The position numbers were made by a program, and so were the translations under genes. Below the pieces are notes generated by a model, which saw only the letters and a list, made by a program, of their open reading frames with translations, searched no databases and had not been told where the DNA came from. A stretch of 64,000 nucleotides of DNA. Source: Patellaria atrata CBS 101060 (lineage: Eukaryota). Below are positions 1 to 13,000 of this stretch, piece after piece (within the stretch, counting starts at the first letter, position 1; every line of letters begins with the position of its first letter). The stretch is from NCBI GenBank assembly GCA_010093705.1, contig MU006089.1:1552455-1616454 (forward strand). Reading direction: 5' to 3'.

Positions 1-408
1 CGTCTTTTGTCATTCGATATTACGCGGACGACTTCCGTGTGTTAGTAAGACTTTGGTGATGCGAAGGTACTCAATTATTCAATTACGGTCCGACGAGAAG
101 CGAAGGCGGGCGATTCGGGAGACGAGATGCCGATCGAGGGGGTAGAGTGTGGGACAGGGGTAGCTACGTCAGGATAGACCTATATTTACGAGTATCAATC
201 CCCGGCGTACAACAATTTCCATCTCACGATCATAGTCCTTTACGTTTAATACCTTCCTACTACTCTACACATTCTCCCCATCTATACTGTATCCCTCCTA
301 TCCATTTGAGCTAGACCTGTCTTCAAACCCAACGCAATCCCGACCCACATAGCTTTTCCACTTATCACCACCTCGAGCAGAAGTATAGACGAAACCAATT
401 CCTCCACA

Positions 409-1404
409 ATGTCCACATTCAAAGTCGAAGACTGGTCCCAAGGACCCCAACTCTCCGAATTAGACCCCCTCCCCTCCCCTTCCGACTTAGAGGTGCAACT
501 CGACCTCGTCGCCACCGCCCTCCACCCCGTCGTCCGCTCCCGCGCCTCCGGCCAACACTACTCAGCGCGACAGCTCCCCCACACCGTCGGCGTCGACGGC
601 GTCGGAAGAACGAAAGACGGCGACCTAGTCTACTTCACGACCTTCAGCCAGTCCGGCGGCAGCTTCGCCACCCAGCTCACCGTGCCCAAAGCAAACATCA
701 CCCCGATCCCGACGGCCCTGCTCCACGAGAGCCGCGAGCACGCCATCGACCTCGTCGCCGAAAACGATCTCAGCGACACGAACGCCGCGGTCAAGGTCGC
801 CGCAGGCGTCAACCCCGCCATGGCGAGCTACATGGCGATTCGCACGCGCACGACCGCTCTCCCGAAAGGATTCACGGCGCTCATACTCGGCGCGACGAGC
901 GCGGCGGGGAGAGCCGCCATACACATCGCGCGGCACCTGGGTGCGGGGAAGGTGTTCGGACTCGCGCGGAACCAGGGCGCGTTGGATACGTTGGGTCTCG
1001 ACCGGTCCATCGTGCTTAAGGACCCGGCGGCCGAGACTGAGTTCGGGGATCTGAGGCGCGTGGATCTCGTGCTCGATTTCCTGTACGGGGAGCCCGTCCG
1101 AGCTGTTTTCGCTGCTCTGCCTCCCTTCCGACCTATCCAGTACGTGCAGATTGGCTCTTTGGCTGGTCAGTCTATCGATTTGCCGTCGGCGCTGCTGAGG
1201 GGGAAGGATGTTACGCTTCGAGGGGCGGGGCCGGGGGCTTGGAGGTTCGATCAGTTGCAGGCGGAGTTACCGGGGTTGTTGGAGGCGATGGTGGGGTTGA
1301 AGGGGCCGGAGACGAGGACGGTGAGGTTCGAGATGGTGGAGGAGGAGTGGGGGAAGAAAGAGGGGAGGGAGAGGTTGGTGTTTGTCGGTAATGGGGGCAA
1401 GTAG
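409..1404 (+). CDS. Medium-chain dehydrogenase/reductase (quinone oxidoreductase-like, GroES + Rossmann), intronless
   Basis: 331-aa ORF. N-terminal 'HPVVRSRASGQHYS...LPHTVGVDGVG' GroES-like segment, nucleotide-binding 'LILGATSAAG', 'VDLVLDFLYG', 'YVQIGS'. No catalytic zinc Cys/His motif. Strong GC bias at third codon positions. Confidence 0.85.
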   Translation: MSTFKVEDWSQGPQLSELDPLPSPSDLEVQLDLVATALHPVVRSRASGQHYSARQLPHTVGVDGVGRTKDGDLVYFTTFSQSGGSFATQLTVPKANITPIPTALLHESREHAIDLVAENDLSDTNAAVKVAAGVNPAMASYMAIRTRTTALPKGFTALILGATSAAGRAAIHIARHLGAGKVFGLARNQGALDTLGLDRSIVLKDPAAETEFGDLRRVDLVLDFLYGEPVRAVFAALPPFRPIQYVQIGSLAGQSIDLPSALLRGKDVTLRGAGPGAWRFDQLQAELPGLLEAMVGLKGPETRTVRFEMVEEEWGKKEGRERLVFVGNGGK

Positions 1405-1785
1405 GTCAGAATGAATGAGGAGGGCTCGTTTTGAGGGGAAGGTAGGCTGGGCTTGTGATGGCGTGGTGTAATATTAGCGAAGCTCAATCAGTTGTCACTT
1501 TAAGTGGGCGTATAGGACGAAATAAATTATAGGTGAAAGATGCTAGTTGAGTCAAGAGAAAGAAGACCGACATGTCGGTCATGACTTCGTATAGTTATTA
1601 ATATATATACAACGAATGACAAGCAGTAGCTAGCTTTTGAAGATACTCCAAACCACGCACATATGTTCCAAAGCGCTCAACGCGGAGATCCAGCTCTTAC
1701 CAAAATGATGACTCTCGGCAGCAGCACTCTGTAGAGAATGAGCTCAGCTCGCAGATACACCTGCATGTATCTAAGTGAGGGAAGA

Positions 1786-2775
1786 CTAGACGCATTGAAA
1801 GTAGTACGGGTTCCACTCCTTGCAAGTCGACCCGGCCGCACACGTCTTGGAACCGATATAGTTGATCCCACCACACTGTCCATACTTCGCGACAGCGCCA
1901 GCCACCGGGCTCGGAGCCGGCGCTGTAGTCACCGGCTTCGTGACGAGAGTGGTAGGCTTAGGGGCAACCGGAGCCTTGGAGGTAGTGACAGGAGCAGCGA
2001 GCGCCTTGGAGGTAGTGACGGGAGCAGCAGCTGGTCTAGATGTGGTAGGTTTCGGAGCCGAATCAACCGGAGCGCCGACGCCATTCCAGACCCTAGGACC
2101 AGGGATCTGGTACGAGGTAAACCCGCCGTAGAGATCGAACAGGACGCCCGGGTCGTTGGCGCTGTAAATACCCGGGATGGCTGCGCCGGCGGGGAGCGGG
2201 ACGCCCCCGGTACCCTGGACCTCGATCTGCACGCACTCCATGTAGAACTGGGCGCCCTGGAGGCGGAAGCCCTCGTGGAGGGCGATGATCTCCGGACGGA
2301 GGAGATACTGGCCCGCGGCGATGTTGGGGATCTTGACGGAGTGCTTGCCCCTGTTCTGCACGAGGCGTTCGACGGCCCACTTGCCGGCTGCGAAGCCGTC
2401 TTCGGCGAGCTTGAGCCAGACGTTGCCGGCACCGTTGGAGGAGCTCGGCGCGATGTAAGTCATGACGGGCCCGAGGTGGGAGATGTCGATGATGTCGTCG
2501 CTCGCGTCGCGCGTGTTATGATGCCACTCGAACGTGACCTCGTCGCCGGCTTTGACTTTCAGCGTTTTGGCCGCCGGGCTGTTGTTCACGTTGCAGCGCA
2601 TGTCGGGGGACGTCACGTCGACAAGGGGGCTGTTGTTGGGTGGTGATCGGATGTAGCCTGAGGCGCTGTTTCCGAGGCCTTGGTCGACACCGTTAATGAA
2701 GACGGCGAAGACGGTTGCGTGGGCGTTGGCTAGCTTAGCAACCGCTGCTAATGCGAGGAGGGCGAAGGTCTTCAT
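1786..2775 (-). CDS. AA9 (GH61) lytic polysaccharide monooxygenase with Pro/Thr linker and C-terminal CBM1
   Basis: Signal peptide ends ANA|H, placing His1 at the mature N-terminus. Second His in 'SHLGP'; 'EIIALH' and 'GAQFYMEC' motifs; CBM1 '[32 protein letters not shown]'. Intronless. Confidence 0.96.
   Translation of the reverse strand: MKTFALLALAAVAKLANAHATVFAVFINGVDQGLGNSASGYIRSPPNNSPLVDVTSPDMRCNVNNSPAAKTLKVKAGDEVTFEWHHNTRDASDDIIDISHLGPVMTYIAPSSSNGAGNVWLKLAEDGFAAGKWAVERLVQNRGKHSVKIPNIAAGQYLLRPEIIALHEGFRLQGAQFYMECVQIEVQGTGGVPLPAGAAIPGIYSANDPGVLFDLYGGFTSYQIPGPRVWNGVGAPVDSAPKPTTSRPAAAPVTTSKALAAPVTTSKAPVAPKPTTLVTKPVTTAPAPSPVAGAVAKYGQCGGINYIGSKTCAAGSTCKEWNPYYFQCV
1973..2031 (-). repeat. 30-bp direct duplication in the AA9 linker (AAPVTTSKA x2)
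   Basis: gccttggaggtagtgac(a/g)ggagcagc occurs twice in tandem. Confidence 0.8.
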
Positions 2776-3999
2776 TTCGATGAGGAGAAGGTCTTAATGA
2801 ACTTTGAACAAGAATTGGTTGCAACAAAGTATGTTTAACGAATGTAAGAGGTTGACCAGAAATGAATGTATGATTGAATAAACAACGGACAAATGAGTGT
2901 ATAGTTCAGTAAGAACAAGAAAAGAAGGTCAGCTTGCTGCCTGGCCTTCTACCTACGTGGGAAGACAGTGATGTTTATAAAGAAAACGGAAGATGAAGCC
3001 ATGATCATGCATGTTTCTCCCAGAAGAACCGTCAGTCATTCAATAGGACCACCACTATCTCCCCAACCCCTCTATGACTAGCTATGTATAAGGCTAGAGG
3101 CCATATCTCCGTGAAGGATAGGACACAGCAGTAGTGAAGTGTAGCACTAGGCGCCGCTAAATATCGTGATGGAACAACAGCCAAGCAGGACGTTTAATAT
3201 AAATCTGATAAGGCGTCTACCCAAGAGCTCGGTATGTGGATCGAAATCGATCAAAACCAGGAAACACGAGCTCCTGACGCACCCAAGCACCCGGTCCATG
3301 TTGAAGATCTGAGAGATGAAACGGGTTGGCGAATGTCAAAAGCGAAAACGACATTTAAACGAGATGATTGATCCAACGCCACACGAGAATTTGGATCATG
3401 CATAAGGAAACGCTTTTGACAGATGCTGGGGCTCTGAGAGGAGGAAAATACTTGCCAAGATTAATTCTCCGATTATCATCTCCACTGATCTTGAAAGTTG
3501 ATCGATGCTGTACCACTTCTGTGGCAGTTCATTTGGGAGAATCAGATCGGTGTTTTGAAGTCGAACGGCTTGCCTTTTTTTGCCGCTCGATCGATCAACA
3601 CCCGCGAAATCTATCCGGGCTATCCCTTATATATCAAGCAAGGCAGTTGACAGATATAAAGAACTCACTTAAATGAATATTTCGTGCCGGTCTGTCGTGT
3701 AGTTGGTAGGTTGTGAGGCGTGTGAGGTGTGTGAGGTTGGATGTGTTCGAACGGATGGAGTTGATGGGGAGAACAGCGCTAAACATTCTAGTTTCACGAT
3801 TATAGCTCCTCCGTTATCACGACATCGCTAGATTGCAGAGGAGTATTATGCAGGTTTTGCTAAATGCTCTCTGTTATGCAAAGTGCAAGTACCTTAGGAA
3901 CAACTCGATAATTCATAACCTATCATTAGTCATGTTAAAGGTCGTTGTTCGGCATATCCGTCGCCTTGTCAGAGTCTTTGTTTCTATATCTCGTCCCAT

Positions 4000-5120
4000 C
4001 TAGCCGTACCGCTGCTTAGCTAAGGCCCGTAACATCTCCATCGTCTTCTCTTCCTTGGCTCTATGTTCCGCAAGACGTTCCTCTCTCTCCTCAGCCCTTG
4101 CTCTTAGTAACTCTTCTCTGCGTATTTCACGCTCGTTCTTCTTCCGTTCAGCTTCCTTCTTCCTAGCTTTATATCCTTCTATACAATCTCCGCCCATAAG
4201 ATCCTGATCCTTCACCTCTTCTACACCGGGGGATTTCGCTTCCCTAAAAGATCTCATTACAGCGGTGGTCTCACTCTTCTTTTCGAGTTTCTTTTCACGG
4301 CTTCCCGGATCGGGTCGAGGAATTAGATCTTCGATCCGCTCCTTCTGCTCCTTGCGATCCAATTTGCGAGCATAACGAATATCATCAAGCTTATAAGCGG
4401 CATCTTCATGGACCAATTCTAGGAAGACGTCAGCATAATAGGAAAAGTACGTTAGAATAGGGCTTTACCGTCTCGTAGCGCTAGATCTTCTCTATTGGGT
4501 ATTGATGGACCTGACTTCCTATCGATTCTAGGTACTGGCGGTGGAGGACCAAACTCATCTTCGCTTCCCCCATCATCTAGCTGTGGTGGGCCTCGTGATT
4601 CATATTCTGGTGACTTGCGGCGATGGCGCTTGAATGAAGTATCAACACCATTGTTATACGAAGCGGTGGGCTGCATGGTCTTCTGTCTTGTTTCAGGATC
4701 ATACCACCCCTCTGCAAGTTCTCTACGATTCCTCACAAATGTTAGTATTCATGTTTTTCATGTATAGAGTGTGTGCAATTGTAGAACGAGTGGTACATAC
4801 CACTTGCCCATGAAGCTCTTCCATCTCCCTTTTGCCTCGTGCTCATCCATATCCTCTAGAAGGAGCTGCTTCTGTATGTCCAAATATGACGCAAACAGGG
4901 GTTTGTACTCCTCGTAGTCCCGCTTTGAAAGCTCCTTTGCATTGAATGGTAGTCTAACCGGTTTTTCTGCCGGTGGAGTGCGTCTACGCTTGTAAGAAGA
5001 GGTGTGGTGTCTCTCTGGGGACCTTTCCCGATCTCGAGATGATCGTTTAGCTGAAGACCTATGGGGAGATCTTGATCTCGACCGTCTTCGATCATGGTAG
5101 TGGGAGTTGTTAGACGGCAT
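4000..5120 (-). CDS. Uncharacterised RS/charged-rich protein, probably nuclear; 3 exons (5120-4801, 4731-4469, 4418-4000)
   Basis: Three ORF pieces join in frame through introns 4800-4732 (GTATGT...CTAAC...GAG) and 4468-4419 (GTAAAG...TAG), giving 'WKSFMGKW|NRRELAEGWYDP' and 'RD|ELVHED'. RS-rich N-terminus and coiled-coil-like C-terminus. Confidence 0.8.
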
Positions 5121-5848
5121 ATTCAGTTATCAAATGAATTGGTTGAAATTTCCAATTATCTGTAGCCTTTTGAACACCTGGAATATTCGTTGACGGGAAG
5201 TACGAATGTACTCTATCCAAGAACCTTTCGAATCTCGTCAGAGCCGAACGTTCAATGTTACTATCGCGAGTCATGAATGCCGAGGAAAGCCCGACGATTT
5301 CATCCTCAGATAAATTTTGCAACCTCAAGTCTCTTTCAAATCATCAGGAACATCTCCTACGCGACAATCAGCAGCACTAGCGTACTCTCTCTGTGGATAC
5401 ATTTACTTAAGACGATGTATCTGTCTTTGCATTGATCTATCAATCATCGTACTTTTGTGTTGCAACTTCTATAAAATAAATCGCTTAGGTCAAACCATTG
5501 TGAGTACAATAGCTATTATTTTTTCCAACCTGATGATGAATACTTCTTCAAACGATAACTTCTGATTGTCTCATGACGTATCAAAATCATTCAAGCTCAA
5601 CAGTCTGAAATTTGCCCCCAATACTGCTTCCCTTAGGCCAGTTCTACGTGTTAATATGCTAATCAAGCAATAGGGTTGTAATTGAGAGAATGTACCTTCC
5701 TCACTATACCCGCAGTCGCTTTCTATATTTCGACTTAGGGCTAGTTTAACATCGAATGACTAAGTGTAGCAATATCAAATATGTACAAGCTCTATGATAA
5801 TTCTACATTTGTGCTGAAACTTACCAGGTGTCTAATCTATGAGGGATC

Positions 5849-7308
5849 CTAAGGCCTATAACTTGATGTTGAATAAACTAATCTCCCTTTGACCCATACA
5901 GCTATGGTATTCCTATCATCACCATTGTAAACCCATTTTGCTACTCTATCATCCCATTTCTCCCACCCAAACACATCAACAGGGCCAATGTCATCCTCTG
6001 CATTTGCCCCTGCATTCCTAACCTGCCCCAGTCCGATTAACTGCGCATCCCAATCCATACCGACGTCGAAACCGCCAATCTTTCCGTCCAGCCCCACGAC
6101 TTTCGCACCGCCACGCGTGGCAAGGTATAGCGCTTCTTCTGTCGATAACTTGGCCTCATCACCATCACTCATTGCCACATATCTCGACACCCAGATAGCT
6201 TGTCGTGCCGTTTCTAGGATACTCGGACTAAACCCCCCAGATACATCAGTACCTAATCCAACATCTATGCCGGACTCTAGCAACTTCCGCACTTTAGCAC
6301 ATCCCGATGTGAGCGCTGTGTTGCTAGCGGGACAGTGGCTGATCTTGGATCCGCGCTCTTTCACCAGTGTAACTTCTTCCTCGGTTAGATGGACAGCATG
6401 TGCGAGGATCATCTTTGAGGTTAGCAAGCCCGTCTTATCGTACACGTTTGCGTACGATGAGCTTTCCGGGAACAGCTCCTTGACCAGCGCAATCTCAGGT
6501 TTGTTCTCCGAGACGTGTGTCTGACATGGTAAGTTAGTTTCCTTATGGAGCTTCCCGAGAGCATGCAAGCAATCCAACGTGCACGATGGTGCAAACCGTG
6601 GCGTTATTATCGGACAAACGATCTCGTGCTCAGGATCTATGCGCTTGATATGGTCTATACAAGCTTTCGTCTTCTGAATTACATCATCGGCGCTCTCGTC
6701 CTTGTAGAAATCCGGTGCGAGTGTGTTCATACACACGCGACCGATGAAAGCTCGCTGACCCTTCTCAAGACATATGTCTGCGAGGAGATTGGTCGAAGGT
6801 ACATGGATAGTGGCGTAGTAAGCAGCAGTGGTGGTGCCGTGAGAGAGCGTTCTGTCTACAACACGATTGTAGACCTTACGGGCCTTGGAGATCTCGGAGA
6901 GTGAGGATTCGAGCGGAAATGTGTAAGTGTTGAGCCAGTCGAGGAGAGTGGATTTACCGAAGATGCCTGCGTTGGGGTATTGAGAGGCGTGGATGTGGGT
7001 GTCTTGTAGATGGATCAGTATACTTGGAATGTAATGTTTGTGATATGTTAAATTGAAGATTCCTAGACATCAAAGTCAAAAGTACCTATAAATCCGGGGA
7101 AGAAAAATCCATTATCAGATATTTGCACTATCTTCGCGTTCTCCCATCCGTCCTTGCTCTTTATGTCTTCCAGGCTTCCTACATCCCGATCTACAAACAC
7201 AATTTTGCCAGCCTCGTTAACGCCTATAGCACCCTTTTCACAAATTTCTAGCTCTTGTAATGTTTTGGAATGGACGAAAGCACCGAAATATATCGTGCGC
7301 TTAGACAT
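5849..7308 (-). CDS. GUD1: Guanine deaminase (amidohydrolase family); 2 exons, intron 7085-7003
   Basis: The spliced product reads '[39 protein letters not shown]'. Also 'ITPRFAPSC', 'QTHVSEN', 'ILAHAVH', 'SHCPASN', 'GLGTDVSGG'. Confidence 0.93.
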
Positions 7309-7790
7309 GGTTAGTGGGGGAGTGGAGGGGTTAGATGTGGGGCTGTAGAAGTTATAAATACTTTTATCGTAGATTATGAAAAGGATCAGAGGAGAGAACA
7401 GCTGGGATTTTTAAACGTCGAATATGATATCGGTCTTTATCTATAGATGTTTGTAGATCTTAGATCTGAGCTAAAAGCAAATGCAGAGGTAATGATTGGT
7501 AGATCGGGGAAGTAGATTGAGCTGGAACGGCAATCCGAAACGACGGTAGCCGCCGTGCTCCGTATATGTAGTTCTCGTTACGAGCAATCGTAAGTAGTTC
7601 ACGACATCTATTTCAGAATATGCCATGAAACTCTTTGGTTCTTATTAGTTACATCACAGAACGAGAAAGACGTTCTACCATGGTATACAGCACCGAAATT
7701 CGACAGACTTCCAGGACCTTTTTTCGATACCGGACCAACGCCTATGATTGAGATCCAACCCATTGCGCAATGATTCGGAATATTGTGTTC

Positions 7791-9838
7791 TTACATTGCA
7801 AAATAGTGGATGCCCGGAGGACCTTGCTCATTATAGTCAGGACGGGTCATGTATCCCTTGTTCAGCCCTTGGTCAGCGATGAAGACGACCTTCGCTGCCA
7901 CCTGAGCACCTAAGAAGACCGCTTCCTCTGTACCGCTATCTTTCCATTCGGGAAAGTACTCTGGGAATTTAGAAAACCTTATAGTAGTCGGTGCCTGACC
8001 GTGGGATGTATGTGAGTGCTGATTGAGCGCATTTGGGACGGGGTTGCCTGGGCTTGAGTGGGGAAGTTGAGCTGTTGTAGCTGCGAGGAGAAGCGGATTC
8101 ACGCTGCTACCGCCGCCTCCGTGAGGACCGAGCTGCGGTTGTGGGGTGCTGGTACCGGTTCCGGTAGGGGTTGAAATTCCCGACGGAATCTCTGAAGTGA
8201 AGATCGTTGCGGAGGATGGCGAGATGAGGTATTTGCCCTGCAAAACTGACATAAGAGCTTCTTTGAAACCTATCGTCAATGCATTAGCCAGCACGTCGTG
8301 CCTATTAGAAATATTGTAAGGAGGGAAACGGACCTCTGATTGCTGAACCATTTCCTACTACGATTAAGTTTTCCCAAAGAGCACCTCTTTTGCCGGTGTC
8401 TTCGACGGCAGATATCGTTCGATGTATCGCGTCCGCGAGATACTCTAATATACCACCACTTGCCGCTTGAAAACGTTCGGTACCCACAGTGATTTCTCTT
8501 CGAATGGTTCCATTCCTGGCAGTACCCCAACCAGCGGTGCCGTTTGTTTCTATTGCTGATGCTGGTTCGGATTCAGCGCCAGCCTGACGCTTTTGTGGTC
8601 CTTCGTCTAGCACCGCACGCGCCTTAGCACTATCTTCGATGGACAAATTATTCTTTAGTGCATCAAGGAGAGCATGATCCTCATAAACAAATGTAGCGTG
8701 TTCTCTTTTTGAATTTGGTAACTTGACGGGCTTTGCAGCAGCAGCTGAAGCGTCAGTCGCTCCTTTCTTCTTTGCGACAATCCTGTCCTGCTTTTCCTTT
8801 TCCTTCCTCGCCAGGTATTCATTCATTTTCCCTCCAGCGACGATGCTAGCTACATCTAAAACACCTTCGTTGTCGTCCTCCATAGGTTGCTCCTCGCCAA
8901 CTTCCGTACCGAGACCAGGACCCCTCGGTACGTTACCGATAGCTGCTCCTGATTCCACTTCGGCAATCGCACCAGTAGAAGCTACAGCTGCTGGGTTCAT
9001 TACGGTATCTGGAGCGCCATCGCCCATACCAGAGCCCGGTAGAGGCGTGCCCTGGGGTAGTATCTCGCATATAGGATTCCTTTTCAACTGTTCGGCCATG
9101 TCTCGAGTGAAGCCCTTGGATTTTAACACCTCATGTAGCCTTCGTGTCATAGCCTCACCGCCGCAATCAGTTAATGAGACCATTCGTCCGGTTTGATGGA
9201 CGCAGAATTCAGTTATAGCGGTAACATCCGCTTTACCATACCCAACGTCTACAACCAAGGCGTTTTCTTTCCCAAACGCCCAGCTAGTAGCTTTCGCCGA
9301 GTCCATCAGAGTGAATGCAGGCATCTTGAATTTCTCAAAAAAGAATTGCGTGATCTTCTCTTGCTCCTTCGGAGTCCAGCAGGGCTGAGCCACGAGTAGA
9401 ATGGGTGTGTGAAAGGGCGGGTTCAAAGCGTTAAACACATGTGTCATGAGCGCAAAGAAGCATGACCAGTCCATAATTTTGCCCTCGACAATTGGCCATA
9501 CGGCGCCTTCTTCTGTGACAAAATCCTCCTCATATGTGACATCCTCCTCTTTTTCCCCTAAGCTTTTTTGCATTTCACGAAGCTCATCCTTCTCCTCCTG
9601 AAGTATCTGCTTGGTTTCCTTCCTTCGAACTTTGAAGGGTTCCCACTCTCCTTCCTTCTCGGCTGGGAATAGACGCGACCGAACGCGTACTCGAGCTGGT
9701 GTGAGCGATTCGGGAAGACCGTATTGCGCAAGAGTGGTCTGCGAGCCAGGTGCAATAATCTACATGCCATCATTAGCATAAGTCACATGGGCTATCCGGT
9801 CTACAAACAATTATCTGTTCTTCCTTGAATGGCGGCAT
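7791..9838 (-). CDS. ARP9: Actin-related protein, Arp9-like (SWI/SNF-RSC subunit); 3 exons, introns 9808-9760 and 8333-8270
   Basis: 'MPPFKEEQII|IIAPGSQTTLAQYGLPES', 'AVWPIVEGKIMDWSCF', 'QFFFEKFKMPAF', 'LVVDVGYGK', 'LWENLIVVGNGSAIRG|FKE', 'FLGAQVAAK': a divergent actin fold. Confidence 0.85.
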
Positions 9839-10090
9839 ATTGCTCAGCACGAGTTAACTGTAGGTTGTTAAACTTCATCGCGAATCGTAAAGCTCTAAAA
9901 TGCACGTTCGTTCACCGTTCCGAAGTATAGCCGGAACAACCAGCTCTTTGCTTGTGATCATTCAAGACAGCGTGAAACTCCGCAATTGACAGTATCCCGA
10001 TATGCCTTGAGACAAGAAGCAAGTCCACCTGGATACTTTCGATCTCATACCACGCCTATAAAGGCAAATATCTCAACCAGCGCCTCCGCA

Positions 10091-13000
10091 ATGGTCACAA
10101 CTTCCACCTCCGCGCTGGGGCAAACTGTAACCCAGTCAGCAGTCGCTACAATGGCCAAGCAACAATCTTCTTCGTCCTTTGGACTTCTAGGGCGGATAAT
10201 TTTGGCGGGGCTGCGTGTGGTCCCCAGCATGCTTCTATGGATTATAACCTTTACCACCATCACATTGCCGACATGGATATTCACACTCTTCTCCATGAGC
10301 TTGACGTTCACGATGAATTTCACAACACTGTTTGTAGCTCTCCGCAGAATTACTGAGTTTCATCCTGACAAGTATGTTGATAGTGTCATCATATTCCTCA
10401 TATGCGGGTCCACCCTCAGTTGGATCGTGAGATACCGTGTCCTGAATATGTACCAACGCTTGCCCCCAGAGCCACAACGTCAGGAGCCTCAGTTAGAACT
10501 ATTCCCCGACCAAGAAGAGGGCACATCTAAACGAGGTCTACACAATTACTTGGATGAGTTTCTTAGTGCTATAAAAGTGTTTGGGTATTTGGAAAGACCA
10601 GTGTTCCACGAATTGACCCGGACAATGCAGACACGGAAATTGATTGCGGGCGAAACGCTTTTATTAGAGGAAGAGAAGGGGTTTTGTCTTGTAGTAGACG
10701 GAATGGTCCAGATATTTGTCAAATCCAGTCGAGAAGGCCCTGGATCAGACCACGATTCTAATTCTGTAGGTGAGGAATCGCAGGACGATGAGCGGCATGT
10801 GCATAAACAAGGCTACCAGCTTTTAACAGAGGTTAAGAATGGTGCTCCAATGTCATCTCTTTTCTCGATTCTCTCGCTCTTTACTGAGGACATTAAATTG
10901 AAGCACCAAGATGAAGAAAGACTAGACTCAGCTGCATCCAATGCGCCCAATGGTGGAACCAGAATTCCACCATCAGAATCGGTTGGTAATATTACTCCGG
11001 AATCGGAAACCCCTAGTATGGCTCACACTCCACAAACTCCTGATCCTCAAATCCTTACCCGGCAGAGGTCATCGACAATGACCAGTCCAACTGCGGGTGG
11101 TCGCCTTCCATATATCCCCCCTTTATCACTCGATACCGGTTACGAGGAGAGAACCTCACCCAAAAGATCCCAGCCTGAACGAAGTCGATCGAAACCGAGA
11201 AAAGCAAAATCCGCACACCCAGACATTGTTGCAAGAGCCACAGTTGATACCACTATTGCTATAATTCCAGCCACTGCTTTTCGTCGTCTAACAAGGGTCT
11301 ATCCACGAGCCACAGCACATATAGTACAAGTTATACTGACTAGATTGCAACGTGTAACCTTAGCTACCGGACACGCATATCTCGGTCTGACCAGTGAAGT
11401 TTTGAGAACTGAACGCTTGATGAACAAATATACCACATACGATTTGCCCGACTTTCTACGTGACTTACCTTTAGAGCGTCTCAAGGACAAGTTTGCAAAA
11501 GTACGGTTTTAGTGAAACGAGATTGACAAACGATAGAAGCTGATGAATTAGTAGGAGAGAGAACGTATCGGTCCAGAAGAGGGGAGGAAAGGCATAGCTC
11601 TACATAACCCTTCGGCGGGGAAACGTAGGAGAGCTAGCAGCATTCTCAGAAAGGACGCAGTAGCTCAGGCTCGACTTGCTGCTACTCGTGGATCACATCA
11701 AGGATCACCCAGCGGTGTCGAGCCTATAACGAGAATCAACTCACCGGAGGGTGATAGAAGTGGGGTTAGTGCTGGTATGTAATTCCTCTTTGCTTCTTTG
11801 GATCATAGGGCTCAGAGACGATTTTAATCATCGATGTTAAGGTGACCTTCTGACCAACATGAATGCACCTCGAGGCGGACGTCATAGCCGCATGAGCTTC
11901 TCACAGCCGTATCAAACACCAGCTGCGCTACGTCGAGACATACAAAGTCCTTTGAGCCAGCAAGATTATTTCAATCCCTTTCCCGCTTCTATGCGTCGTA
12001 ATCCTCTTCAACGGCAAGAATCTGTAGATGAAGAGACTATATTCAGAGAGTCAGTTCTTGACTGCATGTTCAAGGCGATTGGTCTTACAAACATTAAGAA
12101 TGCTCTACCTGGTCCCGATTCTGTAGAACAATCACCTAGGCTTGTTTCCTTTGATGCAAGACGTCAAAAAGCAGTCTTCAGCAATGCATTCGGATTCATG
12201 GGCCCGTATGAACCGTCTGGCGATGGAGACAACGAATCCGTCATGTCCACGTCGTTATCGACAGTTAGCGTTAATGCTTCTCGGAGCATATCTGACGAAC
12301 TTATTGATGATATTGAAATAGTCTTTTTCCCGAAAGGATCGGTTCTTGTTGAACAAGGCGAAAGGAACCCGGGCCTTTATTACGTCATTGACGGGTTCCT
12401 AGACGTAGGTGTTCCTGTGGATGAAGAGTACGACAATGCAAATGTTCTTGGTACACAGCCCTCTGCTGGAGGTTTAGATGCCTCTGAGTTGTTCCGAGAA
12501 ACCCCTCTTCAAAAGGTTTCATCTCATTCTTCTCGTACAACACCAATTGGCCTCAATAAAGATGCGTCAAAGACTAAGAAGCAATACCGGAAAAGTCTCT
12601 TCTTGACGAAACCTGGCGGACTAGCCGGCTACCTTGGGACAGTATCCTCTTATCGCTCATTCATTGACGTGACCGCAAAGACTGATGTTTATGTTGGGTT
12701 CTTACCTAGGGCAGCCATCGAGAGGATAGTCGATCGTTATCCTGTAGTTCTACTTACGATGGCCAAACGCCTAACAACCCTTTTGCCGCGACTGATACTT
12801 CATATCGACTTCGCCTTAGAATGGGTTCAAGTAAATGCTGGTCAGGTCATTTATGACCAAGGTGACGAAAGCGATGCTATCTATATTGTTCTCAACGGCC
12901 GATTGAGAGCGGTTCAAGAAAAAGAGAACGACGAAATAAAGGTGATAGGAGAATTTGGTCAAGGTGATAGCGTGGGCGAACTTGAGGTTCTCACTGAAAC

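Noticed and set aside
1738..2646. 302-aa plus-strand ORF and other overlapping ORFs at the AA9 locus
   Set aside because: Antisense or off-frame shadows of a GC-rich gene, with no recognisable motifs.
2776..3400. XlnR-like GGCTAG site upstream of the AA9 gene
   Set aside because: A single hexamer is expected by chance.
3712..3737. TGTGAGG repeated three times
   Set aside because: A short simple repeat with no supporting context.
9986..10090. TTG-initiated N-terminal extension of NTE1 (likewise GCV2 at 17585 and MYND at 41084)
   Set aside because: An artefact of the ORF track allowing alternative starts; the downstream ATGs give sensible eukaryotic N-termini.
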